A DNA stretch of 64,000 nt. It comes from Eledone cirrhosa (lineage: Eukaryota). Positions 38,701 through 50,399 of the stretch are shown here, one piece after another. The notes under the pieces are model-generated. The model did no database searches. It saw nothing but the letters and a program-made list of their open reading frames with translations, and had not been told where the DNA came from. The translations under genes were made by a program, and so were the position numbers. Positions within the stretch are counted from its first letter, which is position 1. Each line of letters starts with the position of its first letter. The DNA lies in the NCBI GenBank assembly GCA_964016885.1, contig OZ024746.1, forward strand, positions 90,396,001 through 90,460,000, given 5' to 3'.

Positions 38701-40080
38701 TGGCCCCAATTTATAACCAAATGTCTACCAACCTGTACTAGAAATGATACAGTTGCTGCCCTCTTCACAGCAAGCTTAGCCCCCTTTCCACCATACAACT
38801 ATCCCTCAGTTGACGCTATGCACAGGTTCATTGTTTGCCACCATGTTTGCACCAGGCCCAAATCAGATGTATGCACGCACCACGCCCAAGTTTTACCTAC
38901 CCACCTTAATCCACAACTGAGCACACTTGCGAAACACCATGATAATACACGCCATTGTTCCATAGGAACCTGACATTCAGTGATGATATCCCCTTGCAGC
39001 CATTAGAACCCCTAATCTTATGGATTTCTCGTGCGTGTTCATTTATTTCTATTCACTTTTATTTATCCTTACCTTTTTTGCTTGCACGCACCTACTCGCT
39101 TACGGATTCCATCTTTCCACTTAGTCTCAATTATATCTACCTTCACCTGCCTGTATGATTACTTTAGTCTTCCCCATGCCAACATACATGCAGCAGTGTC
39201 TGCATCTGTCTGTACGTGCACCCAACTATATAGTTATATCCGTGTCTCTACCTAAATGTATATGTGTATTTATATGTGCTATGGCTCAGCTGTGAAATAG
39301 GTCAGGCTCCAAAACTATGGTTCCATTGTGAGATGGATTTAACGCGGCCAGCTGGCCTGTCCCTCCTCGTGATGGAGCCATCCAGTCCCACATTGTAAAT
39401 GTGGTTGGTGTTAGGAAGGGCATCCAGCTGTAAAAATACCTGGCCAAATTTATAGTCCTCGCCGGAGCAAGGTGTGGCATGGCCAACTATGGCCAGACTT
39501 GTCTCTCGGCATGGATCCGTCTAACCCATGATGATGATGTATGTATGTGTATGTGGATGAGTGTCTTTATATGTATCCCACAGTCACGATTAATATACTG
39601 GCTGGGGGGGGGGGGGGGTTGATGTAACCACATGACCACGTATGTGTAATATTTTCTTTATTCCTATTTAAGTTCACCTGTCCATTGATATCTGTCACAG
39701 TTTGCCTCGGTACACTTATACCAATCCTTACACATGAAATTGTGGGGACGTTTTTTGGTTGATATCCAACAGAAATGATATATGATGTTCTTCGGGACAT
39801 ACCACCTCCTAACTCAGACCAATAAAGACATTACTCAGCCATTCAAAGTAGATCGTAATTGTCTCCATGAAGCCCACCCCACCCCAGATACAAAGGCTGA
39901 CTCTATCAGCACGGCCTCTCACTATAGCCAGTTATTTGACCACACTAAACAATTATTTGTTTATGGTCCCACAGATCATGGCATTCGCCTTGTATTGGGC
40001 AAATTGGTACGCGCACTCACACACAGCTCAAATCACCCTACCACTTAGAGAGAACTTATCTAAATACTACAACTATCCAC

Positions 40081-40229
40081 ATCTGAGTTCAAATCCCGCC
40101 GAGGTTAACTTTGCCTTTCATCCTTACGGGGTCGATAAAATAAAGTACCAGTAATGCATTAGGGTCGATTTAATCGATTTTCCCTTCCCCAAAAATTGCT
40201 GGCTTTGTGCCTATTATAAGAAACCATTA
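40081..40229 (+). mobile_element. 5'-truncated SINE family A copy
   Basis: Runs from the B box to the 3' end. Confidence 0.85.
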
Positions 40230-40654
40230 CACACACTTCTCCCACCCTCACCACCCAGACACACTTCTACACACTACTCCCAAACTCACCACCCAGACAC
40301 ACTACTCCCACCCTCACCACCCAAACACACTTCTCCCACCCTCACCACCCAGACACACTACTCCCACCCTCTCCTATTTCAGCCACCACCCAGCCACAAG
40401 TCTCTGCCTCTTTATATCTTCATGTATATATCCAGCAAATAAAATCACAGTTTAGTGTTTCTGAAAAAGTCGGCCGATTGACCAGGGATGTAGAGACGAG
40501 AAATAGTTAGTAACTTAACCCTACCATGGTAATCAATATATTGATCTCCACCAGCCAATCAATCTTCTGAAACGATCGTAAAACAATGAACTAACTATCT
40601 ACCTACGACTGATATGTTTTTTTTTATTGTTCTATGCACAAACACTCACATATC

Positions 40655-43090
40655 ATAATCATCATCATGATCATCACCGTTTAACGTCCATTTTTTTCCA
40701 CACTAGCATTGGTTAGACGAGTTGTCCTGTTGTGAGCAATGCTAGGTCAGGTGACCATGTCATGCTCATACAGAACGGATTTGGGATTGGTTTCTACAGA
40801 TGGATGCCCTTCCTAGCAGCAACCTCCTTTACAGTGAGTACTAAGTGCTTTTTGTCGTGACGCCTATACGAACACTTTACAGTGTTTTGGGCGCTTTTTG
40901 CCATGACACCTACATGACAACTTTACAGTGTGGACTGGGCGCCTTTGCTGTGTCGCCATCAAGACAACTTTACAGTGTAGGCTGGGCGCCTTTGCTGTGT
41001 CGCCATCAATACCACTTTACAGTGTGGGCTGGGCGCTTTTTACCGTGTCACCATCAAGACAACTTTACAGTGTGGACTGGGCGCCTTTGCTGTGTCGCCA
41101 TCAAGACAACTTTACAGTGTGGGCTGGACGCTTTTTACCGTGTCACCTACACTAGATGTATACTTCAGCTTGTCCTCATGGAAGATGCATGGGAGTGGGT
41201 GAGGTGGGGTGGTGCATATTATACATATGATTCAGCTTTGGCCTGTGCCCGTGGGAAGTTGGGCGTTCTGTATTACTGTGTAACGCCAGAGATCTTGGTC
41301 CTGTGTCATCGCCTTTGAGGGATGCAATTGAGCAAAATTCGCTTTTATCACCTCTTCCCAAGTCTTCCTGGGTGTCCTCACTCCATGGCTTCCATCAACT
41401 TTGAGCGCTCTGCACCTTTTTATACAGTTGCTATCCTTCATATGCATCACATCTTCATACCAATGCAATCTCTTCTTCTGCTCACAACATTTGATTCCTC
41501 TTATGCCTAGTTTCTCTCTCAATATGTTTTTGATTTGCCGTTCGCATATGTTACTATTACACATCCATCGGAGCATGCAAGCTTCCTTTCTTTCCAATCT
41601 ACGCGAGTTTCCTGTACACAACACCCAGGTCTCACTATCATGCAACATTGCTGTTCGTATGCACGCATCATACAATCTGCTTTTCACTTTGAGGGAAAAG
41701 CCTTTTGCGGCTAGCAGTGGTAGTAGCTCCCTGAACTTCTTCCATCCCATTCTTACTCTGGCTTTCAGAACACCCACCTCCGCTGTTAATTCGGTCACCT
41801 AGGTAGCAGAAGCTGTCTACTGTTTCTACAGAGCCCTCCCAGAGTTTGGTAGTGCTTGTTTCCTGTGGTCGTTTGTTGCTTATAGTCCTGGAGCAACCAC
41901 TACATGCAAAGTCTACGTTTTTTAGCTAAACTTACTGAGATCCCACTACAACTCTTGTGTACCCATAGTTTGTATTTGGGGCAGAGGATGGAATTTCTAC
42001 TTACACCTTTCCTACATACTGAGTAAGACCATTTCTCTGAGGGGATCAGGGTTCTGTTTTCTCTTCTACTTACTAGGAACTTAGTCTTTGTCAAGTTGAC
42101 TTTAAGACTCCTTTTTTCTAGGCCCTGCTTCCATGTTTGGAAGATTTAACTATAAGTGTAAGATCATCTGCATACAGAAGTTCCCATGGGTATCCGGTCT
42201 TAAACTGCTCTCTATAGACTGTAGTACTATAATAAACAGAAGAGGGTTAAGAACAGAGTATACTAAATTCCTTGCTATAGTCATTGTTATCCTAACTTTG
42301 CTGACTGCTCCTCTATACGTGACTTGTACAGCCTTCACAAGCCATTCATCTACTAGTTTTCTAAGAGCCCACTAGATTGTGGCACGGGGCTCTCTGTTGA
42401 AAGCTTTCTCCAGATCAACAAATGCTAGGTAGAGTGGCTTACTTTTAGCTAGGTACTTTTCCTGTAACTGCTTCACCAGGAAGAGAGCATCAGTGGTGAT
42501 TTTGCCTGGTACAAATCTGAACTGCATCTCGTCTAGATCTACCTGGTCCCTATTGAGCTCTGCTATATATATATATATATAACTCTTTCTGTTACTTTCA
42601 TGACCTGATCCATCAGCTTTATACCTCTATAGTTTTCTCTATCTAGTGCATTTCCTTTACTCTTGTAGCAGTTGACAATGATGCTGGTGCACCAATCCTT
42701 TGGTATGACACCCTCTAGTATTACCTAGTTAACAATACGTGTGGTTATGGTGTGACCTCCTGACCCAGATGCTTTCAACATCTTGGCAACTATTCCTGAT
42801 GGACCAGCTGCTTTCCCAGTCTTTATATCCTTAATAGCATTACTTACTACACTGTTGCTGACTTGTACAGCTGCGCCCTCTATGAGGTTCACTTGGGGTA
42901 GGGTCTCTTTCTCCCATGCATTCTCCTCATTCAGTAATCTTTCATGATGGCTCTTCCACGCGGCTTTCTTCTTGGCACCTTTGAGGCAAGTGTGTCTTTA
43001 TCATCCCGGACACACTTCTCACCAACGACATCACAATTTTCTCTAATACACTGCCTCGCAATCCTGAACACCTCCTGTTTCTGGTCCACT
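40655..43090 (-). mobile_element. RTE LINE (RT, PHD-like insert, C-terminus, 3' UTR with tandem units), decayed
   Basis: Motifs GKAAGPSGI, LYLAFVDLEKAF, LNPLLFII, EKWSYSVCRKGVSRNSILCPKYKLWVHK and MLHDSETW, with a (GAT)n-like tail. Confidence 0.9.
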
Positions 43091-43132
43091 CACACATACA
43101 CATACACACATATATTTATATATATATATATA

Positions 43133-43939
43133 CGAGGTGGGTCAGAAAAGTTCCAGGACTGATGTCACAAAAGATTTATTCCAAACACAAATTTCACACT
43201 AAGAGTTTTCTCCTTCAAAGTTATCCCCTTGGAGTCTAATGCACTTTTCCATCCTTTTCTGTCATGCTTGCATGCACTCCTTTAAGGATTCTTCCGGGAT
43301 CCTCCGCAGTTCCGTCGTCACAGCCTTTTTGATGTCGTTCACGTCTTCAAAACGGGTCCCCTCCGGGTCGTACTCGAAGATCCATGACTCATCACCGGTG
43401 ATGACTGTCCCTAGAAAATCTGGTTCGGTTTCAAGACGCTTGAGGATGTCCTGGCATACTTGCATGCGTCGACCCTTCTGGTCATCGTTCAGCAGTTTTG
43501 GCACCATCTTCACGCAGACTTTACGCGTGTCCAAATCTTCAGTGAGAATTTTCCAGACGCTGTCCCGATTCATGCCCACCTCATTTGCCATCAGTCGAAC
43601 AGTCAGCTGACAATCGCTACGCACCATCTGCCTGACGCGCTCAACGTTGATCTCAGTCTTGGTTGTTGAGGGCCTTCCGCTCCTGGGGTCATCTTCCACG
43701 CCCTGGTGTCCTTCTTTAAACCTCTTGCACCACTCAAAAACATGTGAGCGTGACATCGTAAGTACAAGTAAGTAAGTATATAAAATTATGAAGAAAAAAC
43801 TTTGATCGCTGCAGAGAGCTAAGATTACAGTTACATACTCCAGGGGGATTACTTTGAAGGAGAAAACTCTTAGTGTGAAGTTTGGGTTTGAAATAAATAT
43901 TTTGTGACGTCAGTCCTCGAACTTTTCTGATATACCTCG
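43133..43939 (-). mobile_element. Internally deleted mariner element with ~103-bp TIRs and TA target-site duplication
   Basis: TA|CGAGG...CCTCG|TA; TIRs at 43133-43235 and 43837-43939. ORF 43262-43756 has the HTH, VPKLL and TGDESW, then jumps directly to the C-terminus. Confidence 0.92.
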
Positions 43940-44142
43940 TATATATATATATTACCCACTCTACTACCCTAAGTGTTGAGTACTTTGGTGCGTTATGGTC
44001 CACCTGCTTCCTTACCACACTTTCTTTGTTTTATATATATACATATATATCATCATCATCATCATCGTCATTTCATTTTACGTCCGCTTTTCCCTGCTTG
44101 CAATAGATACATATATATACACACACATATATATATATATAT

Positions 44143-44380
44143 ATTTCGTTTCTGAATTTGTTTAGCAAGATTCTTTATCTGAAGACGTGTGTTGAAACCG
44201 ATATTGTTGTACTTTGGGAGGGCCATGTTGTCAATAAGAAACACACGCACCAGTTGCTTTATAAATTTAAGAATTTATAAATTTCCGGTTGGTTGGTTGG
44301 TTCCATAACCGGACGGTTGTTCATATATTGTCAAAGTTCTTTCGTCACACATTCTGTGACCTCTTCAGTGACTGTAGTTT
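44143..44380 (-). mobile_element. Solo Penelope-like pseudo-LTR in a (TA)n tract
   Basis: Similar to 17425-17620 and 18065-18135. Confidence 0.8.
44330..44372 (-). ncRNA. Minimal type I hammerhead motif (family A)
   Basis: GTCA-CTGAAGA-G-GTCACA-GAATG-TGTGAC-GAAA-GAAC-TT-TGAC. Confidence 0.78.
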
Positions 44381-44383
44381 CTT

Positions 44384-44431
<48 letters not shown>

Positions 44432-44454
44432 ATACATATATATATAAATATACG

Positions 44455-44488
<34 letters not shown>

Positions 44489-44544
44489 TATATAAATATA
44501 TATATATATATCCAGGGAGTGTAACTTGGAGTTACTGTATATAC

Positions 44545-44613
<69 letters not shown>

Positions 44614-45230
44614 CATATATACATATATATATACATATATATATACACATATATATATACATATATATATAAATACATATATATATGGTGGCTGCCAACT
44701 CGTTTTTGAGTACGGCCACTACTTTATATCCATGTAGGAGAACCCCTACCGATGCGCTGAACGAGTGTGACTTTTTAGTCCAGCCAGCAACTTGAAATCT
44801 CTGGTACAAACACTACACTTGTGACAATTATTGACACATAGTGCTGGGCCCATGGTACCATGTGACGACAAGTGCAGAGAGATCTCCAGATATAAAGCAA
44901 TGCCTGTGCCGTGAAGCTTTTATAGTGAGCAAAGGCACTGCACAAAGCCAGTCCCACTCTCTTAACCAAGAAGATATTTACCAAAAAGAAGAATCAACAT
45001 CATTGGATACCATCAGGGTTGCAGGTGTTATATCAGAGTTTTCCTTCTCCTAGAATTCTGCCTTGACAAAGGCTAAGGGGTCATCTCTCATATATATACA
45101 TACATACATACACACACACATTAGTATATTTTGACTGGCAATTTTCTTTAATACATGTACAATTACAAAAGATGAATCTATGTCTTGATAACAAGTTTAA
45201 TGTTAAGTCTCAAGTCTATATACTTAGTTC

Positions 45231-45236
45231 TTTATT
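45231..45236 (-). terminator. PolyA signal of the VWA gene
   Basis: AATAAA on the minus strand, ~75 nt after the stop codon. Confidence 0.55.
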
Positions 45237-45308
45237 TCCAATGCTGGTTAAAGTAAGTTAGATTCTCTTATAGATGATTGATTCGGGACAGGTGAACCAA
45301 GTTGAGAG

Positions 45309-45883
45309 TTATTTTGTCTTTAGACAAACCAATTTATTTAAAATGGAAGAAAACTTTCTCAGTGAATCAAAAGTTGGAGTGAATAATACATTTTGAGGAG
45401 ATGATGCCATGTTATGTAGCTCAGTCATATCAACAGAATTACTAACTCCTATGGAGAATACATTAATCTTCATTTCGTGTAGCTTTGCTGCAGCAACTCT
45501 AGTTGTGTAAGGGTTGCTTGATACATTATCTGTGATGACGATCAGTATTGACTTAGCATTTTTTCGTGCCCCAAATGCCACAGTAAAACCTTTCTTTCGA
45601 ACAGCATCTAAAACTAAATTAGTGTTTGTTTGACCTTTGACCAGCTTTAAACTCAGTAGTGCATGATTAAAGGCAAACTTCTCATTATCTATTCCTAGTG
45701 GAAGCTCTAATCTTGGGCAATCAGAGAAAGTATACACACCCACTTGGGTTCCAGTTTCACCAAATATAGCTGTTTGAAGAACAAATTCAGATACAACATT
45801 GAGCATTTGTTGAAATTCTGACTCAGTAATGCTTCTAGAAGTGTCCAAAGCAAAGATGACATCTGTTGGAATTACAGTGCAAG
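45309..45883 (-). CDS. Secreted two-VWA-domain protein, exon 3 (VWA 2, terminal)
   Basis: Acceptor TTTTTAG, phase 1. Reads CTVIPTDVIFALDTSRS (MIDAS DxSxS), GQTNT, LIVITD, VFSIGV; TAA stop at 45311-45309. Confidence 0.92.
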
Positions 45884-47939
45884 CTAAAAAGGAAATAATT
45901 TGAATTATTGTAAGTATAAAGAAGAAAAGAAGAAAAATATAAATATTTCATTCTGTGATGTTATTCCACTGTTTTGTAACACATAAAACAGGCTGAAGTT
46001 TATAACTGCTGTCTACACCACCCTTACACTTTCAAGAAAACATATCCAGTCCACATTGTAAAGTGGTCATGTGTAGGTGTCACGACAAAACACACAGTCC
46101 ACATTGTAAAGTGGTTGTGTAGGTGACACGATAAAAAGCACCCAGCCTCCACTGTAAAGTGGTTATGTATGTGTCATGACAAAACACCCAGCCCACACCT
46201 GTTCATCACAGAGAGTAACGGCACAAGAGATTGGCTGAAACTTGGCCAATGAGAATCTAACTAACAACACCTTAGATAAAAGATTTCTAAACTTTTTCTA
46301 TTGGCAACATACTTTTAAAAAGTACAATTTTTTGTTTTATTAACAACATAAAAATGATAAATTAAACCTCATACCATGTTCTACTAACCAAGTGTCGAAT
46401 TTTATGCTGAGTTTATCAGATCTTAAATATACTTTAGGTGGCAAATTGGCAGAGTCATTAAGATATCGGATAGAATTCTTTATGGTATTCATCCCACCTC
46501 ATTGTGCCGTGGTCAACTTTGCCTTTCATCCTTTCAAGGTTGATAAATGAAGCACCAGTCCAGTACTGGGGTCGATTCTTCCTCTATAGAAAAAATTGGT
46601 TGTGTTCAGACCTGGACAGGGTTGGGCTCTGCTAGATTTAAAACTGCCCTAGACACACCATATGACAGTGCCTCTACAACTCCACAAATATTTGTTACAA
46701 TTTATTAGATTTGACTTAATTGTACCATACACTAGAGATTCTTAATGACACACTAAAGTTTTAGGACAGTTTAGAAAGATCTGCCTTTAGCACTGACCTT
46801 TGGTCAAAGACTAGGAAATTGTCATGGTTTGCTCCTTTCTGAACCCTCTTTGGGGTCTCGGGATATGTGGTCACTGTGCATCCATCTCACGCCTCCCAGG
46901 ACAGTTTGCAGGCCCATTGCCAGTTTTTGCGGCATGAAATGAAGAATGTAATATATTTTTCAAACAGGCCCCTCTACCTAAGGCTTCAATGCATCCCTTG
47001 TTAACCTGCACACAGGACAATGCAGTAAGATTTTTTTTATACCTCTCACCATATTGCAGTCTTGGTGGCCATATTCATGCCAGTCACCAATCTGTTATTT
47101 TCTCAAACCTGCAAAGACTAGGATGTTTTAGAAGCAACCTTTACTCAACTCATCATTAACTACATCACTGGGTTGTAAGAGTTTTCTTGGGAGCTACAGA
47201 TACCACCTATTGCTCCATCTCCCTTAATAGTTTACCGTTGTTGGTCTGAGGTTACTTATTCATCTGGCAGTTGCCTGCTTATATTGCAACTAACCATCAT
47301 ATCTGGTCGCCGTATTGCTACCAGATGCTAGCATAACAACAACAATAACAACAGCCACAACAAAGATGAGATGGTCATGGTTAGAACCAGTGCCGGATTA
47401 GCCTAGTAGCAAAAGTAGCATTTGCTATGGGCCCTGTATTTTCAGGAGTTCCATACTGTGTGCTTCATAATATAGTATTTTACTATATTGCCTTTAACCT
47501 GTAATACAGGGTCAAAAAGATCATAAAGTAAAAAATGGGCTTGGTATCCAAAACTCCCGCTGAGATTAGCTTTGTGTTTCATTCTTCTGAAATCAATAAA
47601 GTAGTAGTCTATAATAGTGGACAGGGGATGTTAGAACATTTGATAGAATGCCTTGCAGTATTTGTTTGGGGGACTTTGTGTTCTGAGTTCAAATCTCACT
47701 GAGCTCAAATCTCATCTGACCTTTAGATAATTTTAACAGAGTTCATTCTGTTACAAGCGACCGTTCTTTGGTTTGTGCACATCATCCTCCCTCAGTCTTT
47801 GAGGCCCTCGGAAAGGCTCATGGTTACTGCCATCTCTTCTGATTAAGTGTTAAAAACACAAATCAATAATTATGAGATTGAATTAATATCTCTTCAAAAC
47901 TAGATAAAATTTTATAAAATTGTGCAAATTTGACGTTAA

Positions 47940-48073
47940 ATGATGATGATGGTGATGGTGGTGGTGCTGGTGGTAGTGGTGGTGGTAGTGGTGGTGGTGG
48001 TGATGATGGTGGTGGTGGTGGTGGTAGTGGTGGTGATGGTAGTGCTGCTGCTGATGATAACGACAATGATGAT
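47940..48073. repeat. (GGT/GAT)n microsatellite
   Basis: Direct reading of the sequence; intronic. Confidence 0.95.
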
Positions 48074-48094
48074 TTTACAAATGTTCACACTTAC

Positions 48095-48658
48095 TTGAAC
48101 AGGTGATTTCTCTTAATCGTTGTTGAATGTTATTAAAGGCATCAAACTTCTCTGAGACAAAGATATTTTTGGCTGAGGATGCAATATCTAAAAATAGTTT
48201 TGGATCTACATTTTTACCAATACCAATAGTAAAAATGTTTACATTATTCTGCATAAGTTCATTAGCTGCTGCTTTAGTTCTCAGCAAATCTGCAGCATGT
48301 CCATCAGATATTAAAATAACTACTTTATGAACTAGAGCCCTGGAACCGCGAGCTGGACTGAATCCATTCTTCTTAACTTCTTCCAAAGCTAAGTGAGTAT
48401 TAGAAATTCCATGTAAACGTTGTATTTGTGTAATTGCAGTTACTATGTCAATTTGGTTCTCATATGTACCAAGATCGAAATTAGCTTTGGTATGTGAAGC
48501 AAAAATCTGTATTCCTATTTGTTTTCCTTGCCTTCCGATGTTTCTCGTGCCTAGGACGAAGTTAGTTACAAATACTAGTTCGTTTCGAAAGTCCTCGTTT
48601 GAGATATTGTCAGAGGAATCTACTACAAAAATAATGTCTACTTTGCTATCTGTACAAT
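48095..48658 (-). CDS. Secreted two-VWA-domain protein, exon 2 (VWA 1)
   Basis: Acceptor TTTTACAG and donor A|GTAAGT; 564 nt, phase 1-1, open frame. Reads CTDSKVDIIFVVDSSDNIS...SNTHLAL...VVILISDG...IFTIGIG...REITCS. Confidence 0.92.
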
Positions 48659-48735
48659 CTGTAAAATAAAATAAAAAAAATGAAGACAGAAAATGGAATC
48701 AAACTTTGTTGCTGCCAGTTCTCTTTACTTTTTAA

Positions 48736-48944
48736 CCCTTTAGCATTTAAAACAGTCCTATCCGGCCAGAATTCTCTCACCTCTATCTGTTCAAACCAGA
48801 TGCTCTTACTTATGTTAAGGTATTGTTCTCACAATAAATGATATCAAAATCTTGTAGATTCAATATTATGTGAGATAATTATGAGATAAAGCCTTTACCA
48901 CGAAAATACAATAGGTTATATAGAGTCATGTAAATGCGAAAGGG
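48736..48944. mobile_element. piggyBac-type MITE with TTAA target-site duplication
   Basis: TTAA|CCCTTTAGCATTTA ... TAAATGCGAAAGGG|TTAA. Confidence 0.85.
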
Positions 48945-49106
48945 TTAACTTTCTAAATTTCATGAAAAAAGGAGAGGGGGAAGAAAAAGAAAATATATTT
49001 CAAACAAGGCCCCCACCACCTCTTTTTGAGATATTACAACAGCAATATGTTCAGACCTATGCTGAAAGGCATTCTAACTATGACTATCACAACTTTACAA
49101 TGGCGA

Positions 49107-49505
49107 TGGATTGGCAGAGGGTGAGAGATTGGCAGTATCAGTAGAGAGTCAGACACCATGCTTTGCAGCATAGAGTTACGCCCTTTTATGATCTGAGTTC
49201 AAATCCCACTGAGGTTAACTTTGCCTTTCATCCTTACGGGGTCGATAAAATAAAGTACCAGTAATGCACTGGGTAATTGTTGGCCTTGTGCCAAAAGTAG
49301 AAACAATTATTATTATGGATTGAGAGTATCGGTAGAGGGTCGGACGCCATGCTTTGCATCAAAGAGTTACGGTCCTTTATGATCTGAGTTCAAATCCCTC
49401 CGAGGTTAACTTTGCCTTTCATCTTTACGGGGTCGATAAAATAAAGTACCAGTAATACACTGGGATAATTGCTGGCCTTGTGCCAAAAGTAGAAACAATT
49501 ATTAT
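49107..49505 (+). mobile_element. Two tandem SINE family A copies
   Basis: Copies at 49107-49314 and 49316-49505. Confidence 0.88.
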
Positions 49506-49554
49506 CTCAGATTAGATTACACAATAGATTATTCCCTTTTTCAAGATGGTAGAA

Positions 49555-50165
49555 TTCGATTTGAGCTGTCTCACCTATGTACATTGTTGTCATCTTTCTG
49601 CAAGTACCCTCTGTACATCTTATGCTATAGACTACATTTCTAGTTTTACAGTTTATCTGGGGGTTCATTCTACATATAACACATTTCTTATTTGTACAGT
49701 GTGTTTTCTTATTTGTACAGTGTGTTTTCTTATTTGTACAGTGTGTTTTCTTATTTGTACAGTGTTTTTTCTTATTTGTACAATGTGTTTTCTTGCTGAT
49801 CAGGGATTGTATGGTAGTTCCTGGCTTTTCTACCACTTTAAACTTTAGAGACAGAAATAAATAAATAAATAAATAAAATAAAATAAAAATGGCGTAGGCA
49901 TTATAACACAATGGGAGGAAACATAATAGTACCACTGATGATGTCACAGATATGTGACGAAAGAACTTTGATAGACTATATATATATATATTTATATCTG
50001 TATTTTTAACCATTGGTCAATCAATGATAAACATTGATTGCCAGATAAATTAACTATGGAGATATAAAAAATACAGGAGCAAAAACCAACCAAACAGTGA
50101 GTGTGTTCTGTTGTTATTTCTCGCAATATTATAACAATATGACCCTCCCCAAGTATAACAATATA
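49555..50165 (-). mobile_element. Penelope-like GIY-YIG fragment with inverted pseudo-LTR
   Basis: Minus strand 49845-49560 reads KVVEKPGTTIQSLI..CVIC..NCKTRNVVYSIRC..MYIGET. Plus-strand pLTR runs from ~49846 to 50165. Confidence 0.88.
49930..49973 (+). ncRNA. Minimal type I hammerhead motif (family A)
   Basis: TACCA-CTGATGA-T-GTCACA-GATA-TGTGAC-GAAA-GAAC-TT-TGATA. Confidence 0.7.
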
Positions 50166-50399
50166 TATATATACACACACATATATATTTATATATATAT
50201 ATATATAAGTATGTATACGTACATACATATATGTATACAGACGTACAGTAGTATGTATATATATATACATGCACACATATATATATGTACGTATGGATTC
50301 ACTGAACATTTATTATAATGCTCGGTGTGTTTGTAAACAAACATCCCAAATTAAGCCGTACAGTGTCTAGCAACCATCGTTGCTCATTTGTTCAACACT

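Noticed and set aside
44175-44210. CTGAAGA...GAAAC on the plus strand of a pLTR
   Set aside because: Stems II and I do not form, and the paralogous copy at ~18080-18105 has CTGAAAT.
44380-44690. YIYI/ICIY-rich ORFs here and elsewhere
   Set aside because: Translations of (TA)n/(CA)n microsatellites.
47863-48066. Poly-proline ORF next to the VWA exon
   Set aside because: (GGT)n microsatellite just downstream of a strong GTAAGT donor; intronic.
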